DNA of 64,000 nt from Nitrospirota bacterium (GCA_963751455.1 CAVVUN010000001.1:608001-672000); one strand, 5' to 3'. Positions 18,292 to 28,193 are shown, numbered from the stretch's first letter. Translations and numbers: made by a program. The notes: generated from the sequence alone by a model not told the origin.

Positions 18292-20547
18292 TTATTGCCG
18301 CTCCATAAGCTTTTTGCAGAATCGTTTGATCTTGTCGCTGTTCATCCGCTCTCCGATCTTTAAGAGGGGGACAATGCTCTCACGCGGGTAACGCTCAAGG
18401 GACGAGAAAATGATTTCCTTCATCCACAGAAGGCTTTGCGGATAGAGTGACCAGCTGGCCCTCACAAGTTTCTCGAGGTCCGGGATTGCCTTTGGGTCGC
18501 CGATTTCGCCGAGCGCCTTCACGATCTCGACGTTCACAGTGTAATCCGTGTCAAAGAGAATGACCCGTTTCAGGCGCGTAAGGATGTCCTCCGTAACTTC
18601 CCGGACGCGGTATTGAGCGGCAAGCGTGACCGCCTGGGAGGAAATATCGGGGTCTTCCGACAAAATTGCTTCACGGAGCAATTTAACGGATGCCTGGTCC
18701 TTGAATTTAAGCAGAGTGTTGAGCGCTTCCATTCTGACGCGGCCATGGGCATGCTGAAGCAGCGGTTTTACATACGCGACCGACGAAGTCGTCCCCGCCC
18801 GTCTTATTAAAATAAGAAGATTCCTGACAAAGTACTCCCTCGGGTCACGCAGTCTTTTGTGCGCTTCCCGTACTGCAGCGTCGCCGAAGAGGCAGAGCAG
18901 ATTAAAGAGAACACGCCTCCCTCCCAGCGACTCATCCCTGCTGAATATGTCCATAAGGCCGGGGACAACGTCCGGTCCCAGCGACTGGATCAGGCTGGCG
19001 GCTTCCGGTCCTTTGTCTCGCATCCATAGTTCGAATGCTTCAATGGCCTTTTTGATGAATTCCGGGTCCGAAAATATTTTTCGGGAACTCTCAGCAACAG
19101 CCCTCATGGCGCCCGTCGGTTTTTCCAATGCGTGTCTCTTCAAGGTCTCGGAAATGTCGAAGAGAAGTTCAAAATTGCCGGTTTGAAGAAAACCGGGGAT
19201 GATGGTGAAGAGTTTCAGGGCAAATGCTTCATAATCCTCCGCATCAATGTTTTCCTCCATAAAGGCGATGAGCGCCCGGCCGATCTGGAAATCCAGATGC
19301 CCGTCCTCGAGCGTCTTTTCGTACTCCTGGACCGGAAATTGTCCGATCTCGATGACGGGAGCCTCCGTCATCTGCTGGAGCATAGCAGCGTAGTCCGCGT
19401 CTACGTGGTCCTCGTATTTTTCCCGTTCAAACAGTTTTTGCATCTGTTCAGACGTCATATCCGGCACCGTCATTCCATCTTGACGTTTGCGGCTCAAGTC
19501 AGGAACGGTTCCCGGACTCTGGCTTTGATCACGGACCTTTGCAAGCTTTCCCACAAGTCCGGTCAGCGTAGGTGATATTTCCCTTCCCTCGGTATTTGCC
19601 TGCGCAAGCATCTCAATAACCATGTCATCAGTAAATCCTCCGACGATTTCTTCAACGCCAGTCGGCGGACCGCTTGACACACGATGTGCCGCAACGGACA
19701 GGAACTGTTTGCGAAGCTCGGGATTAAGGTCCTTTAACAGGGCGTTCAGGTTTGTCAGGGTCCGTGACTCCTCGGACGTAGGCTGCCTTTTCTCTGCAGC
19801 GCCTCGTATATAATTGGATACGATCCGGTCATAGCTTTGGACCGCAATGTTCGCGTCCAGCTTGCGCTCGTTCAGCAGGCGTGCAAGTTCCGCCGGGTCG
19901 ATTTGTTCGGCATCTTTAAGGGAAATTCCCTCACCGGCGCCTGCAAGCGTTCCTGCTGCGAGGTGCGATACGAAATCATGCCATACCCCTGCATCCGTTT
20001 TTGTATTCGTCTTGGCCTGCGACCTGACAATTTCCTTTTCTTCAGTAACGTGAAATTTGCTGTAATCGATCGCAATAATCCTGATATGCTGAATGGCTGA
20101 ATCGGCCATTACCTTTTCTATGCCGCCGGCCGCCGTAATTTCAGTCGGCTTAGTGGTGAGTATCCGGTGAAACAACACGAGTTCGTCACTAGCCATGTCC
20201 CGGATAAACGTGACTGCTGCAATTCCCTGGCTGTTCAGCGAAAGCGCGAAGTCGCGGTAGACCGGGTTTTTCGGATCGAGATAATCATTTCCCACGAGCA
20301 GCATGTTTTTGGCCACACCCAGTGTCATTTCCGACCTGACTTCGAACAGGCGCTGCAGGACCTGGAAGGCGCGATCTATACTCTTTGCGATCTGCATATG
20401 ACCCGGCGGGTAAATACCCACATTTTTCCGCGAAATATTGAGCTCAATGACGGCTTCCGAGAGAAGACGGGTATCGAGGGGCAGTTCTTTTGCGGCTTCG
20501 GTATTCTGAGCCGGCGCTATTTCCTTTGCATCATCATTTTGCAGCAT
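18292..20547 (-). CDS. HEAT-repeat protein
   Basis: C-terminal repeats DPREYFVRNLLIL, RVRMEALNTL, VKALGEIGDPKAIPDL. Confidence 0.88.
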   Translation of the reverse strand: MLQNDDAKEIAPAQNTEAAKELPLDTRLLSEAVIELNISRKNVGIYPPGHMQIAKSIDRAFQVLQRLFEVRSEMTLGVAKNMLLVGNDYLDPKNPVYRDFALSLNSQGIAAVTFIRDMASDELVLFHRILTTKPTEITAAGGIEKVMADSAIQHIRIIAIDYSKFHVTEEKEIVRSQAKTNTKTDAGVWHDFVSHLAAGTLAGAGEGISLKDAEQIDPAELARLLNERKLDANIAVQSYDRIVSNYIRGAAEKRQPTSEESRTLTNLNALLKDLNPELRKQFLSVAAHRVSSGPPTGVEEIVGGFTDDMVIEMLAQANTEGREISPTLTGLVGKLAKVRDQSQSPGTVPDLSRKRQDGMTVPDMTSEQMQKLFEREKYEDHVDADYAAMLQQMTEAPVIEIGQFPVQEYEKTLEDGHLDFQIGRALIAFMEENIDAEDYEAFALKLFTIIPGFLQTGNFELLFDISETLKRHALEKPTGAMRAVAESSRKIFSDPEFIKKAIEAFELWMRDKGPEAASLIQSLGPDVVPGLMDIFSRDESLGGRRVLFNLLCLFGDAAVREAHKRLRDPREYFVRNLLILIRRAGTTSSVAYVKPLLQHAHGRVRMEALNTLLKFKDQASVKLLREAILSEDPDISSQAVTLAAQYRVREVTEDILTRLKRVILFDTDYTVNVEIVKALGEIGDPKAIPDLEKLVRASWSLYPQSLLWMKEIIFSSLERYPRESIVPLLKIGERMNSDKIKRFCKKLMERQ

Positions 20548-20604
20548 AGTGTTATTATATCCTAAATGAGCTGCTTTTAAAATAAATTTGGGATGCTGGC
20601 TGTC

Positions 20605-21009
20605 TTAGTTTTTCTTATTATTGATTCGGAGGATTAACAGTAAAAGGAGGAGTACGAGTGCAACCCAGATCAGCGGATTTAATGAGAAAATGTTTTCCTC
20701 GTACACATGCGTGACAGAGCGGTTCACAGTAGCAGTTTGTATGGTGGTCGCCGGCTCCGTTTGTATGGCAGGATAAGTGTCAGTCGGAGAACTGATCGGC
20801 TTTACAGGGACACGGTTTTTTTTCGTTTTTGCTATACGTATCGGTTTCCCATCTTTGTCATGGAGGTGGTATTCTTTGTAGAACAGCTTCCACTCTTCGC
20901 ATCCCTTGATACACTGGTGTCCTCCGTATTTGTCGGTTTTTCCGGGATGAGAATGGGCAGCCGTAACGGCGAAAATGCACAAATAAAGCGCGATAATTAC
21001 CTTTTTCAT
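20605..21009 (-). CDS. YHYH-like exported protein with C-terminal membrane anchor
   Basis: Signal peptide, HPGKTDKYGGH...EYHLH, C-terminal TM helix. Confidence 0.75.
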   Translation of the reverse strand: MKKVIIALYLCIFAVTAAHSHPGKTDKYGGHQCIKGCEEWKLFYKEYHLHDKDGKPIRIAKTKKNRVPVKPISSPTDTYPAIQTEPATTIQTATVNRSVTHVYEENIFSLNPLIWVALVLLLLLLILRINNKKN

Positions 21010-21015
21010 GCGACG

Positions 21016-21044
21016 AGTTTATCCCATCTCGTGATACGTGTCAA
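21016..21044 (-). promoter_or_regulatory. sigma70 promoter, probably giving a leaderless mRNA
   Basis: TTGACA-17-TAAACT-6 nt-ATG (21009). Confidence 0.65.
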
Positions 21045-21074
21045 CAGAACAAGGGACCCAAAAGGTGTTTTTTC

Positions 21075-21103
21075 TTGACAACAATAGGTAGCGATGTTAC
21101 ATT
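21075..21103 (+). promoter_or_regulatory. tRNA promoter
   Basis: TTGACA-17-TACATT, ~30 nt upstream of the tRNA. Confidence 0.65.
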
Positions 21104-21132
21104 ACTGTTCTTATTGCAAGGATGCTTTTTGT

Positions 21133-21208
21133 GGGGCTGTAGCTCAGCTGGGAGAGCACAAGGCTGGCAGTCTTGGGGTCAGGGGTTCGATCCCCCTCAG
21201 CTCCACCA
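21133..21208 (+). tRNA. tRNA-Ala (anticodon GGC)
   Basis: 76-nt cloverleaf: acceptor stem GGGGCTG/CAGCTCC with G3:U70, anticodon arm CAAGG-CTGGCAG-TCTTG, T-loop TTCGATC, encoded CCA. Confidence 0.97.
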
Positions 21209-21219
21209 AAAAATAAAAG

Positions 21220-21250
21220 AAGGGTTGACCGAAAGGTCAGCCCTTTTGTT
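21220..21250 (+). terminator. rho-independent terminator after the tRNA
   Basis: AAGGGTTGACC-GAAA-GGTCAGCCCTT followed by a T-rich tract. Confidence 0.75.
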
Positions 21251-21357
21251 TTTGGTAGAGGGGGATCGAACGAAGGGGTATGGGGAAGAGACTTCCCCCA
21301 TGCTTCGGGGGAGCACACGAGGGGGCAGGCCCCCTTGTGAAGCGAAGCGCGTAAGAT

Positions 21358-21379
21358 TCCCCCTCAGCTCCACCAAAAA
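21358..21379 (+). repeat. direct repeat of the tRNA-Ala 3' end (att-like copy 1)
   Basis: TCCCCCTCAGCTCCACCAAAAA, identical to 21191-21212. Confidence 0.9.
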
Positions 21380-21381
21380 GT

Positions 21382-21926
21382 AAAGAACCCCGCAGCAGAG
21401 CTGCGAGGCATTTTTAGCTAGAATCTAAAACCTATTTGCTCATCATGCTGATACCGAATGTAGTTTCTGATAACTTCTGCCGTTACTTTGTCGCCAACCG
21501 AACGAACAAAGTAACCATCATTCCAGAGTTCCCCTCCCCAGAGCTTTTTCTTGATCTCGGGAAACTCTCGGAACATCATCTTGGCAGATATACTTTTGAT
21601 CCTTTGCACAACTACTGCGGGAGCAAACTTCGGAGGCACGACCAAAAACAAGTGTACATGATCTTCCATTACTTCCATCGTGTCTATTTCCAAATCGTAC
21701 TGTTCGGCTATCTCCCGAAAAATCTCTTTCAATCGTTTTGACATCCGGTCATCGAACAGCTTTTTACGATATTTTGGAATCCATACAAAATGGTACTTGA
21801 GATCATAGACACAGTGTCTGCTTCTTTTCAGTGGGTTCATGGCCCGTATTGTATCAGAATCTTATCCTGACTTCGTCAGGATAGTTCTTTTCATCCCAGC
21901 AGTAGAACTGCTGGGTATTCAAGAAC
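21382..21926 (-). mobile_element. IS200-type element (tnpA only); ends approximate
   Basis: Subterminal hairpins CCCCGCAGCAGAGCTGCGAGG (~21388) and CCCAGCAGTAGAACTGCTGGG (~21895) flanking tnpA. Confidence 0.75.
21418..21840 (-). CDS. tnpA: IS200/IS605-family HUH (Y1) transposase
   Basis: YHFVWIPKYRKK, DHVH, LWNDGYFVRSVG, YIRYQ. Confidence 0.95.
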   Translation of the reverse strand: MNPLKRSRHCVYDLKYHFVWIPKYRKKLFDDRMSKRLKEIFREIAEQYDLEIDTMEVMEDHVHLFLVVPPKFAPAVVVQRIKSISAKMMFREFPEIKKKLWGGELWNDGYFVRSVGDKVTAEVIRNYIRYQHDEQIGFRF

Positions 21927-22703
21927 TGTTTTTTATAATGGTGATCTTTATCGTGGCATTGTTTGTATCTATCTCTCCAGCAGTCGCAGATTCAGTCAGC
22001 ATCGGTCAATATGATTATTCACTTACCACTGCAATAACGAACATCGGCTCAGCTAAAAAAAAACTATATATTGATGGCGATCCTACCCTTCCGGCAATCA
22101 TTTCAGGGTCGACTGCTACGGTTCCGTCGAATATTTCGATAATTATAGAATACCCTGGCTCTATTGATGTAAACGGGAAATCTCTTACCATCAACGGCCC
22201 CTTCTCCGCAGGACTTCATACAGTTTTTACAGGAACGACTGGGACGGTGAGGTTCGGGACTGCGGGGGTAAAAATTCAAGCAGTATGGTTTAAAGATTAC
22301 ACGACTGATGCAGGTTTAAGCTTAAACGCGGCCATTGCCTCATTAAAAAATGGCGGGGAAATAGAACTACCTGCGTGGGATGTTACATACGAAACTGCTA
22401 TTAACCTTACGGGGAGCAGTCTTCCCCCTATTAAAATTGTGGGGCAAGGGAAAGCAACTACTCTTCGTGCAGCGGTATCAACGGTTGGGATAGACACTAC
22501 TGGGGCTTCAGATTGGGTACTCCGTGATTTTCAGTTAGTCGGAGATACCCCCGCGCCGGAAATAGGGATATTGATGGCAAAAGACAACTCTGCCGGACAG
22601 GGCGGGTTGAGAGGCCGTCTTTATAATATCATTACAGACGGCAGCTTTAATAAAGCAGCTATATTCAATTATGCTTCTGAGGAAAATCGGTTTTATGACT
22701 TAT

Positions 22704-24090
22704 GCCGCTTCAGACTTTAGTGTGGGTACACCCAAGATGTTGTGGTCCGAGGATAACCCGTTTCATGCGGTTTCTGCCCTGGGATAAAGATCAAGGCCTC
22801 CGCAGTGAAAGTAAATTGCCGCTTTGTAGTGCTCCCGATTGCGATAACCGCATGCCATGAGTTTGATCATCTGAATCTTGCTGTTAATCCCCTCCGACGT
22901 AGCATTCGTAATTCGATGCTTGAAGTAAGTCAGCAGATTAGCAAGATGTCGCTTCAACGTCTTTGCGGCCTCAATCATTGGAGCCAGCCTGGAGCGGGTC
23001 GCCCAAAAATACCATGCCTTGAAGTATTTCTCCGCGCATTTCCTATACGCGTATGACCAGAAGGCACGGAGTGATTCTTTGATGGCCCATGCGCGGCCCG
23101 TCTTAAGATCAGCGTTCTTTACCTTGTCGAACTCCTCGCGCCGCCAATCCGGAACATTCTCCTCGTTCCACAGCCACAGATGCCTTGTCCCCTTGAGCCG
23201 AAAATCATCGCGCGCGGCCAGCACTTTGTGTTCGCCTCGCCGTACCTTGTCCACAGCTTTCGTTACATGCGTCGTTGCATGATACCGGTCAAAGACAATC
23301 TTCTCATCTGCATCGGGGACATATGCCTTCGTCGCTGCGATATACGGGTCCCACATATCCATGGCAATCCCCTCAATCCGCGACAGCTCTTCTTTGGCGA
23401 ACTGCTTGAAGTAGGCTTCCAGACTCTTTTGCTCCCGGTCGTCCACAACATACTCGACCGTTCTCCCATCAAGATCGCACACAATTGTCTCGTAATTCTG
23501 GCCTTTCCCAACTGACTTCTCGTCAATCCCGATATAGCTCGGCACCCGTTTCTTCTTTCTCCCAAGCCCGCGTGTAACCGCCCGAAGCATCACTCCCCAC
23601 GTCTCATCCCAACTCGTTTCCCAAAGCCGCGTCACTCCCGTTACATCGCATTCCTTGAGAGTATCGATCAGTCGTGACTCAAACAGCCTGGTGAACTGTG
23701 AACGCGGTTCCGCCCACGGCGATAGAATCTGCTTCACTCCATCCTTCGGGCACTTCGTTCGAGGCAGCCGGGCATGCAAGAATGTTTGCAACTGGCAGGT
23801 GTCGAGGTGTCGCCACACTTGCTCCTCCATATGGTCGTGCACCGGCGCTTCTTGTTTGCATGCTGCACAGGAGAATTTCGCCCCCTGTGCTTCTTCTACC
23901 CACACGTCGACGCGATTGCGCGCCATGTCTACCTGAACCTTCGTTACCCTCCATGGAAACTTTATCCCAAGCAACATCGTGTAGAGTTGAGTGTCTTCCA
24001 TACCAAGCCTCCGTTTTTGGAATGGAAGATAATATCACAAATTCTCAACCACTACATCTTGTGTCTACCCACACTCGTTCCAGAAGAACC
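22704..24090 (-). mobile_element. ISL3-family insertion sequence, 1387 bp
   Basis: ~43-bp imperfect TIRs sharing AGTGTGGGTA.AC.CAAGATGT.GTGGT; 8-bp TSD TGACTTAT at 22696-22703 and 24091-24098. Confidence 0.92.
22763..24001 (-). CDS. ISL3-family transposase
   Basis: WRHLDTCQ, IGIDEKS, AMDMWDPY, VFDRYH, TNATSEGINSKIQ. Confidence 0.95.
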   Translation of the reverse strand: MEDTQLYTMLLGIKFPWRVTKVQVDMARNRVDVWVEEAQGAKFSCAACKQEAPVHDHMEEQVWRHLDTCQLQTFLHARLPRTKCPKDGVKQILSPWAEPRSQFTRLFESRLIDTLKECDVTGVTRLWETSWDETWGVMLRAVTRGLGRKKKRVPSYIGIDEKSVGKGQNYETIVCDLDGRTVEYVVDDREQKSLEAYFKQFAKEELSRIEGIAMDMWDPYIAATKAYVPDADEKIVFDRYHATTHVTKAVDKVRRGEHKVLAARDDFRLKGTRHLWLWNEENVPDWRREEFDKVKNADLKTGRAWAIKESLRAFWSYAYRKCAEKYFKAWYFWATRSRLAPMIEAAKTLKRHLANLLTYFKHRITNATSEGINSKIQMIKLMACGYRNREHYKAAIYFHCGGLDLYPRAETA

Positions 24091-24497
24091 TGACTTATAT
24101 CTTGTAAATAGAAAAGTAGGAGCAGCAGCATATTGGACAACTGGAGACAATGCAGGCACAGGAGAAAGTGTGTCAAGTGTGTACGCTACTATTGCAAGCG
24201 GAGAGCAGTCAAACACTGACAACCGATTTTATGGTTGTGCTTTCTTTACTATAGGTGCTTCGTCTGACGGCATCAGAATGCGCGGGGCAAATGACTCTAG
24301 TTGGGATGGTGCATTTTTTATTAATTTAACCGGCAGTGGTAGATCACATGTATATGTGGATGCCGATGGTATTGCTTCCAGCAGAAATACGTTTTCTCAC
24401 TTCCGGGGCGAGTTGGGCGCTACAGTCCAGCCCGTAAGCGGATTTCATTTTGCAGGTACTACAAATTGCGGCCTGTGGGAAATATCAAACGGATAAT

Positions 24498-26121
24498 CCT
24501 TAAAAGAGCAGTTGGTCCTTGTCAAACGAAGTTAATTGATGGATATTGCAGCAATTAACCCGAAGAGGAGGACTCGCCCAATGGGTGAACCAAATAGATC
24601 GTTGTCTGCACGGAAACCAGAGGGAGTTGCGGTCGATACGTTCAGCGGTCGTATCCACGTAGAATGGGATCCGACTGCAGCCGTTACGCCACTGGGACAG
24701 ATGGCATTTTTCATCGATTTTCTGAAGACCGGCGGTCTCTACGATCCCTGGGTTGCTGATTGTCCGCTTCACTACACAAGCCCCAATGCACCGGAAAAGC
24801 GAGATGTGCTGGGCACGGTGTTATTGTCTGTTCTGGCCGGCCACCATCGCTACTCGCATATTACGAACGTTCGGTGCGACAACGTCAATCCCGGCCTGCT
24901 CGGCATGACCGCCGTCGTGAGTGAGGACTCGGTGCGAAAAGCCCTGCGCCAGATAGATGAAACTCAGGGGGTGCATTGGCTCAAGGAACATGTCAGGCGT
25001 TGTTATGACGCGCTGCTTTCTGTGTCCTGGATCATGGATGGCGACACCACGGTAAAACCGCTGTACGGGAAACAGGAAGGCGCAGTGGTCGGCTATAATC
25101 CTCACAAGCCTGGCAGGCCGTCTCATACCTACCACAGCTATCTGATGGCCAACACCCGGCTCGTGCTGGATGTCGAGGTACAGGCGGGCAACAAAACCGC
25201 AACCTGCTATAGCACGCCGGGCTTGTGGGAGTTGCTGGGCTCCATTCCAAAACGTCACTGGCCCGCGTTTTTTCGGGGCGATTCAGGCTGGGGAAATGAC
25301 GTCTTCATGTCCCAGGCGGAAACAAAAGGCCTGCCCTATCTGGTCAAGCTCCGCCTCACCAAAAACGTGCGGAAGCTCATCGAAAAGACATTTCAGCGGA
25401 ATGGTTGGCAGCAAGCCGGTCAGGGATGGGAAGGTGTGGAAGAAGAACTTCAGCTTATGGGGTGGAAGATAAAGCGGCGCGTCATCGTACTTCGACGGGC
25501 GCTCAAGGGCGATGTCGTCATCAGTGAGAAAGACAAGGATCAGATGGAGCTTGGTTTCGTCGAGACGAATGGAACCGCAAAGCGGTATGAATACGCAGTG
25601 CTGGCCACAACCATTCCGGGCGAAGTCCTTACCATCGCGCAGCACTACCGGGATCGGGCCGATGCTGAGAACAATTTCGATGAACTGAAAAATCAGTGGG
25701 GGTGGGGAGGCTATACGACCAAAGATCTGAAACGCTGTGGCTATATGGCCCGGATCGTGGCGTTGATCTACAACTGGTGGTCCCTCTTTGTGCGGCTCGC
25801 CCGACCGGACAAGCATCTGGAGGCTGTTACGAGCCGGCCGTTGCTTCTTCATGCGGTCGCCAAACAAACATATCACCAGAGCCAGACTACCGTGACCATT
25901 ACAAGCGCTCACGCAAAGACGGAGAAAATACAGGGCACGCTCAATGAGATCGCCCTGTTTCTGAGAAGACTCCGGGAAACTGCGGAGCAGTTGACGCAGG
26001 CGGAACGTTGGAGGTTGATCTTAAGCCGTGCATTCAACAAAATCCTGAAGGGGAAACCCCTCTCGACGCCAGCTTTGCTGCCTCAGCCAGTGTGAAAATA
26101 GACTCAACTGCCGTTTTTAGG
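24498..26121 (+). mobile_element. IS1380-like insertion sequence, ~1.6 kb, no target duplication visible
   Basis: TIRs CCTTAAAAGAGCAGTTGGTC / CCTAAAAACGGCAGTTGAGTC; the two flanks belong to unrelated genes. Confidence 0.8.
24536..26095 (+). CDS. DDE transposase (IS1380-like)
   Basis: MDGDTTVKPLYGKQEGAVVGYNPHKPGRPS, FRGDSGW, YRDRADAENNFDELKNQWGWGG. Confidence 0.9.
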   Translation: MMDIAAINPKRRTRPMGEPNRSLSARKPEGVAVDTFSGRIHVEWDPTAAVTPLGQMAFFIDFLKTGGLYDPWVADCPLHYTSPNAPEKRDVLGTVLLSVLAGHHRYSHITNVRCDNVNPGLLGMTAVVSEDSVRKALRQIDETQGVHWLKEHVRRCYDALLSVSWIMDGDTTVKPLYGKQEGAVVGYNPHKPGRPSHTYHSYLMANTRLVLDVEVQAGNKTATCYSTPGLWELLGSIPKRHWPAFFRGDSGWGNDVFMSQAETKGLPYLVKLRLTKNVRKLIEKTFQRNGWQQAGQGWEGVEEELQLMGWKIKRRVIVLRRALKGDVVISEKDKDQMELGFVETNGTAKRYEYAVLATTIPGEVLTIAQHYRDRADAENNFDELKNQWGWGGYTTKDLKRCGYMARIVALIYNWWSLFVRLARPDKHLEAVTSRPLLLHAVAKQTYHQSQTTVTITSAHAKTEKIQGTLNEIALFLRRLRETAEQLTQAERWRLILSRAFNKILKGKPLSTPALLPQPV

Positions 26122-26240
26122 TTCATCGGACCAAGGAGGTTCGTGGCAAGCGAACGCTCGATCTGCTCAGGCGTCAGCTCCTCGAAGTAACCGGCATAGA
26201 AGTTGCCCGCGCTATTGAGCAACACATCAATGCGCCCGGC
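26122..26240 (-). pseudogene. internal fragment of a short-chain dehydrogenase gene
   Basis: GRIDVLLNSAGNFYAGYFEELTPEQIERSLATNLLGPMN (NNAG region), cut by the IS end. Confidence 0.7.
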
Positions 26241-26252
26241 CAGAACGTCCGG

Positions 26253-26996
26253 GTGGAAGACATGATGAAAACAAGCGGTCTTCTGGGAATCCGGGAACGG
26301 TTTCTGTACGCGGTCGGGCTGTCCGCCGCCGCGGTCATTACGGGCGACGTGGGCAGCGGCAAATCATCAGGCCTCCGGTTTGCTCAGGCGGAGCTGCACC
26401 CCTCGGAATATAAGGTACTCCATGTCACGGCAACATCAGGGACGATTGCGGAGCTGTACAAGCAGATATGCCATGCCTTGGACATCGAAACCAGAGGCTC
26501 CTCAAAGGCACTCCTGACCAGGACCATACGCGCTACGCTGCTGGACCTTGTAGGGAAGAAACAGAAGCCCGTGCTCGTAATCGACGAGGCATCGCTTCTG
26601 CGGCTCGATGTCTTCGCCGAACTTCATACCATCACCCAGTTCGAGGCAGACTCAAAACCGGTCCTGCCGATGATCCTGGCAGGCCAGAACAACCTTATCG
26701 ATAACCTGCTGTTCCGCCAGTCGCGAGCACTGGCTTCGCGCGTTGTGGCGAGGGGGCACTTGGAAGCGATAACACTGAGCGAGATGGCCGGGTACCTGAC
26801 GCACCACGTGGAAATAGCGGGAGTGCGGCAGAACCTCTTCTCCGAACAGGCTGTGACCGCAATCCACCAGGGCTCGGGCGGGCTCCTCCGGAGAGCGAAT
26901 AACCTGGCGAGGGGCAGCCTGATCGCTGCGTCAGCAGAGAAGTGCAACGTCGTTTCGGCGGAACATGTACGGGTCGCTTCAACCGAAATAATCTGA
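26253..26996 (+). pseudogene. ExeA-like AAA ATPase (transposon helper), probably 5'-truncated; partner transposase missing
   Basis: GDVGSGKS, VIDEA, ILAGQ, SGGLLRRAN; followed by a hairpin and a repeat-rich transposon end. Confidence 0.8.
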
Positions 26997-27037
26997 ATCA
27001 TCGGGGGGCTGTGCCCCCCGTTTTTTACAAGACGAAG

Positions 27038-27129
27038 GGCTGGAATAATGTGAGCGGCGATTGGCCGGACGAATGTGAACTAGCTGGTTTAATCAGAGAA
27101 CGTTGGCTGGAATAATGTGGGAATCAACA
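27038..27129 (+). mobile_element. right end of the ExeA-associated transposon
   Basis: GGCTGGAATAATGTG twice plus a degenerate copy, ending ...AATCAACA (TG...CA-type end). Confidence 0.6.
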
Positions 27130-27481
27130 CCGGCCCACTCGTGAAGCAAAGCGCGTGAGATTTCCCCCTCAGCTCCACCAAATTTTCAAAGGGTTGACTT
27201 TCATCGGTCAGCCCTTTTTCATTTGACTGTGCCAGTTTTGTGTCAGTTGACACGCGGTACACGTCGTCCATTACAAAAACTGCTTTCTGTAAGTGTGCCG
27301 GTGCAAGGTGGGCATACTTCATCGTCTGCTTCAGGCTCTTATGTCCAAACAGTTTTGAGAGTGTGGCAATGTCGATCTTGCCGGACATCATAGGAAGGCT
27401 CGCGTAAGTGTGGCGCAGGTCGTGAAAGTGGAAGTCGTTTATCTTCGCATTCTTTACCGCTGTATTGAAACTCCGCTTCAC
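27089..27481 (-). pseudogene. C-terminal fragment of a tyrosine recombinase (phage/island integrase)
   Basis: FHDLRHTYAS, FGHKSLKQTMKYAHL; reads toward the att-like copy. Confidence 0.85.
27163..27182 (+). repeat. direct repeat of the tRNA-Ala 3' end (att-like copy 2), followed by a terminator-like hairpin
   Basis: TCCCCCTCAGCTCCACCAAA, preceded by the same GTGAAGC.AAGCGCGT.AGATT as copy 1. Confidence 0.9.
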
Positions 27482-27597
27482 ATTCCCGTTAGACTTTAAG
27501 GTCAGTGGATCTTGAAGAATAACTTGCCGTCAGAAGAAAGCTAACGATAAAAGCAAAGATGCGTCCCTGCTTTATCATAAAAGTCCTCCTTCTCACC

Positions 27598-27888
27598 TTA
27601 ACTCGCCTTTCTAAGTGCTGTAACAGGCTTGTGCTTTTTCATGGCATGCCACAGGTCCCAATCCCGCTGAAGGTTCAACCAGAATTCCGGCCCAGTGCCG
27701 AACGTCTCGCCAAACGCGAGGGCTGACGAGGCAGTCACACCGCGCCGGCCGTTCACGATCTCGTTCAACCTGGCCCAGGTCCAGCCCAGGTGCTTGGCAA
27801 GCTCTACCTGCTTCATTCCCATAGGCTCCAGAAATTCTTTGAGCAGCATCTCCCCCGGATGCGTGGGCGGTCTTTTTTTCGGCAGCAT
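27598..27888 (-). CDS. higA: HigA antitoxin (HTH-XRE)
   Basis: PTHPGEMLLKEFLEP, LNEIVNGRRGVT, PEFWLNLQ..WDL. Confidence 0.93.
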   Translation of the reverse strand: MLPKKRPPTHPGEMLLKEFLEPMGMKQVELAKHLGWTWARLNEIVNGRRGVTASSALAFGETFGTGPEFWLNLQRDWDLWHAMKKHKPVTALRKAS

Positions 27889-27902
27889 AATTTAAAACCT
27901 CC

Positions 27903-28193
27903 TCAATGGTAATCGACTATATCCACGTCCAGGGCGTCGCCTTCCTCCCAACGGAAGATGATCCGCCACTGGTCGTTAATTCTCACGCTCCAGAACCCTT
28001 CGAGCTCGCCCTTGAGCTTTTCCAGCCTGTTCCCCGGCGGCGCCTTCAAGGTCTCTACCATGACGGCCGCATTGATCTGATCAAGAAGCCGCTGCGCTTT
28101 CGTATGCAGCTCTACAGGTATCTTCCGGGCGCTCCGGCTCTTGATCCCGTCATAGATATCCTGCGCTGTCTTGCTCGAGATGTTCCGTATCAT
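27903..28193 (-). CDS. higB: HigB toxin (RelE/ParE superfamily)
   Basis: PPGNRLEKLKG, WSVRINDQWRIIFRW, IVDYH; toxin-first gene order; promoter TTGCAA-17-TATACT at 28202-28230. Confidence 0.93.
   Translation of the reverse strand: MIRNISSKTAQDIYDGIKSRSARKIPVELHTKAQRLLDQINAAVMVETLKAPPGNRLEKLKGELEGFWSVRINDQWRIIFRWEEGDALDVDIVDYH

Larger units (their letters stand above)
21927..24496 (+). pseudogene. secreted right-handed beta-helix (pectate lyase/tailspike-like) protein, broken by three IS elements
   Basis: Removing the ISL3 joins ENRFYDL-YLVNRKVGAAAYW in frame; LNAAIASLKNGGEIELP and IVGQGKATTL are beta-helix cap motifs; the 5' end abuts IS200 and the 3' end is cut by the IS1380-like element. 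Confidence 0.75.

Noticed and set aside
21075-21383. 102-aa ORF over the tRNA
   Set aside because: It overlaps tRNA-Ala and its terminator, so it is spurious
21382-21926. TnpB/omega-RNA system associated with the IS200 transposase
   Set aside because: There is no tnpB or iscB; the element end follows the tnpA stop directly
21839-21926. Start of the beta-helix ORF at 21839
   Set aside because: This segment lies inside the IS200 end hairpins; the open frame is fortuitous
27089-28193. Intact prophage or ICE
   Set aside because: Only an integrase tail and higBA remain; no structural, replication or conjugation genes are present
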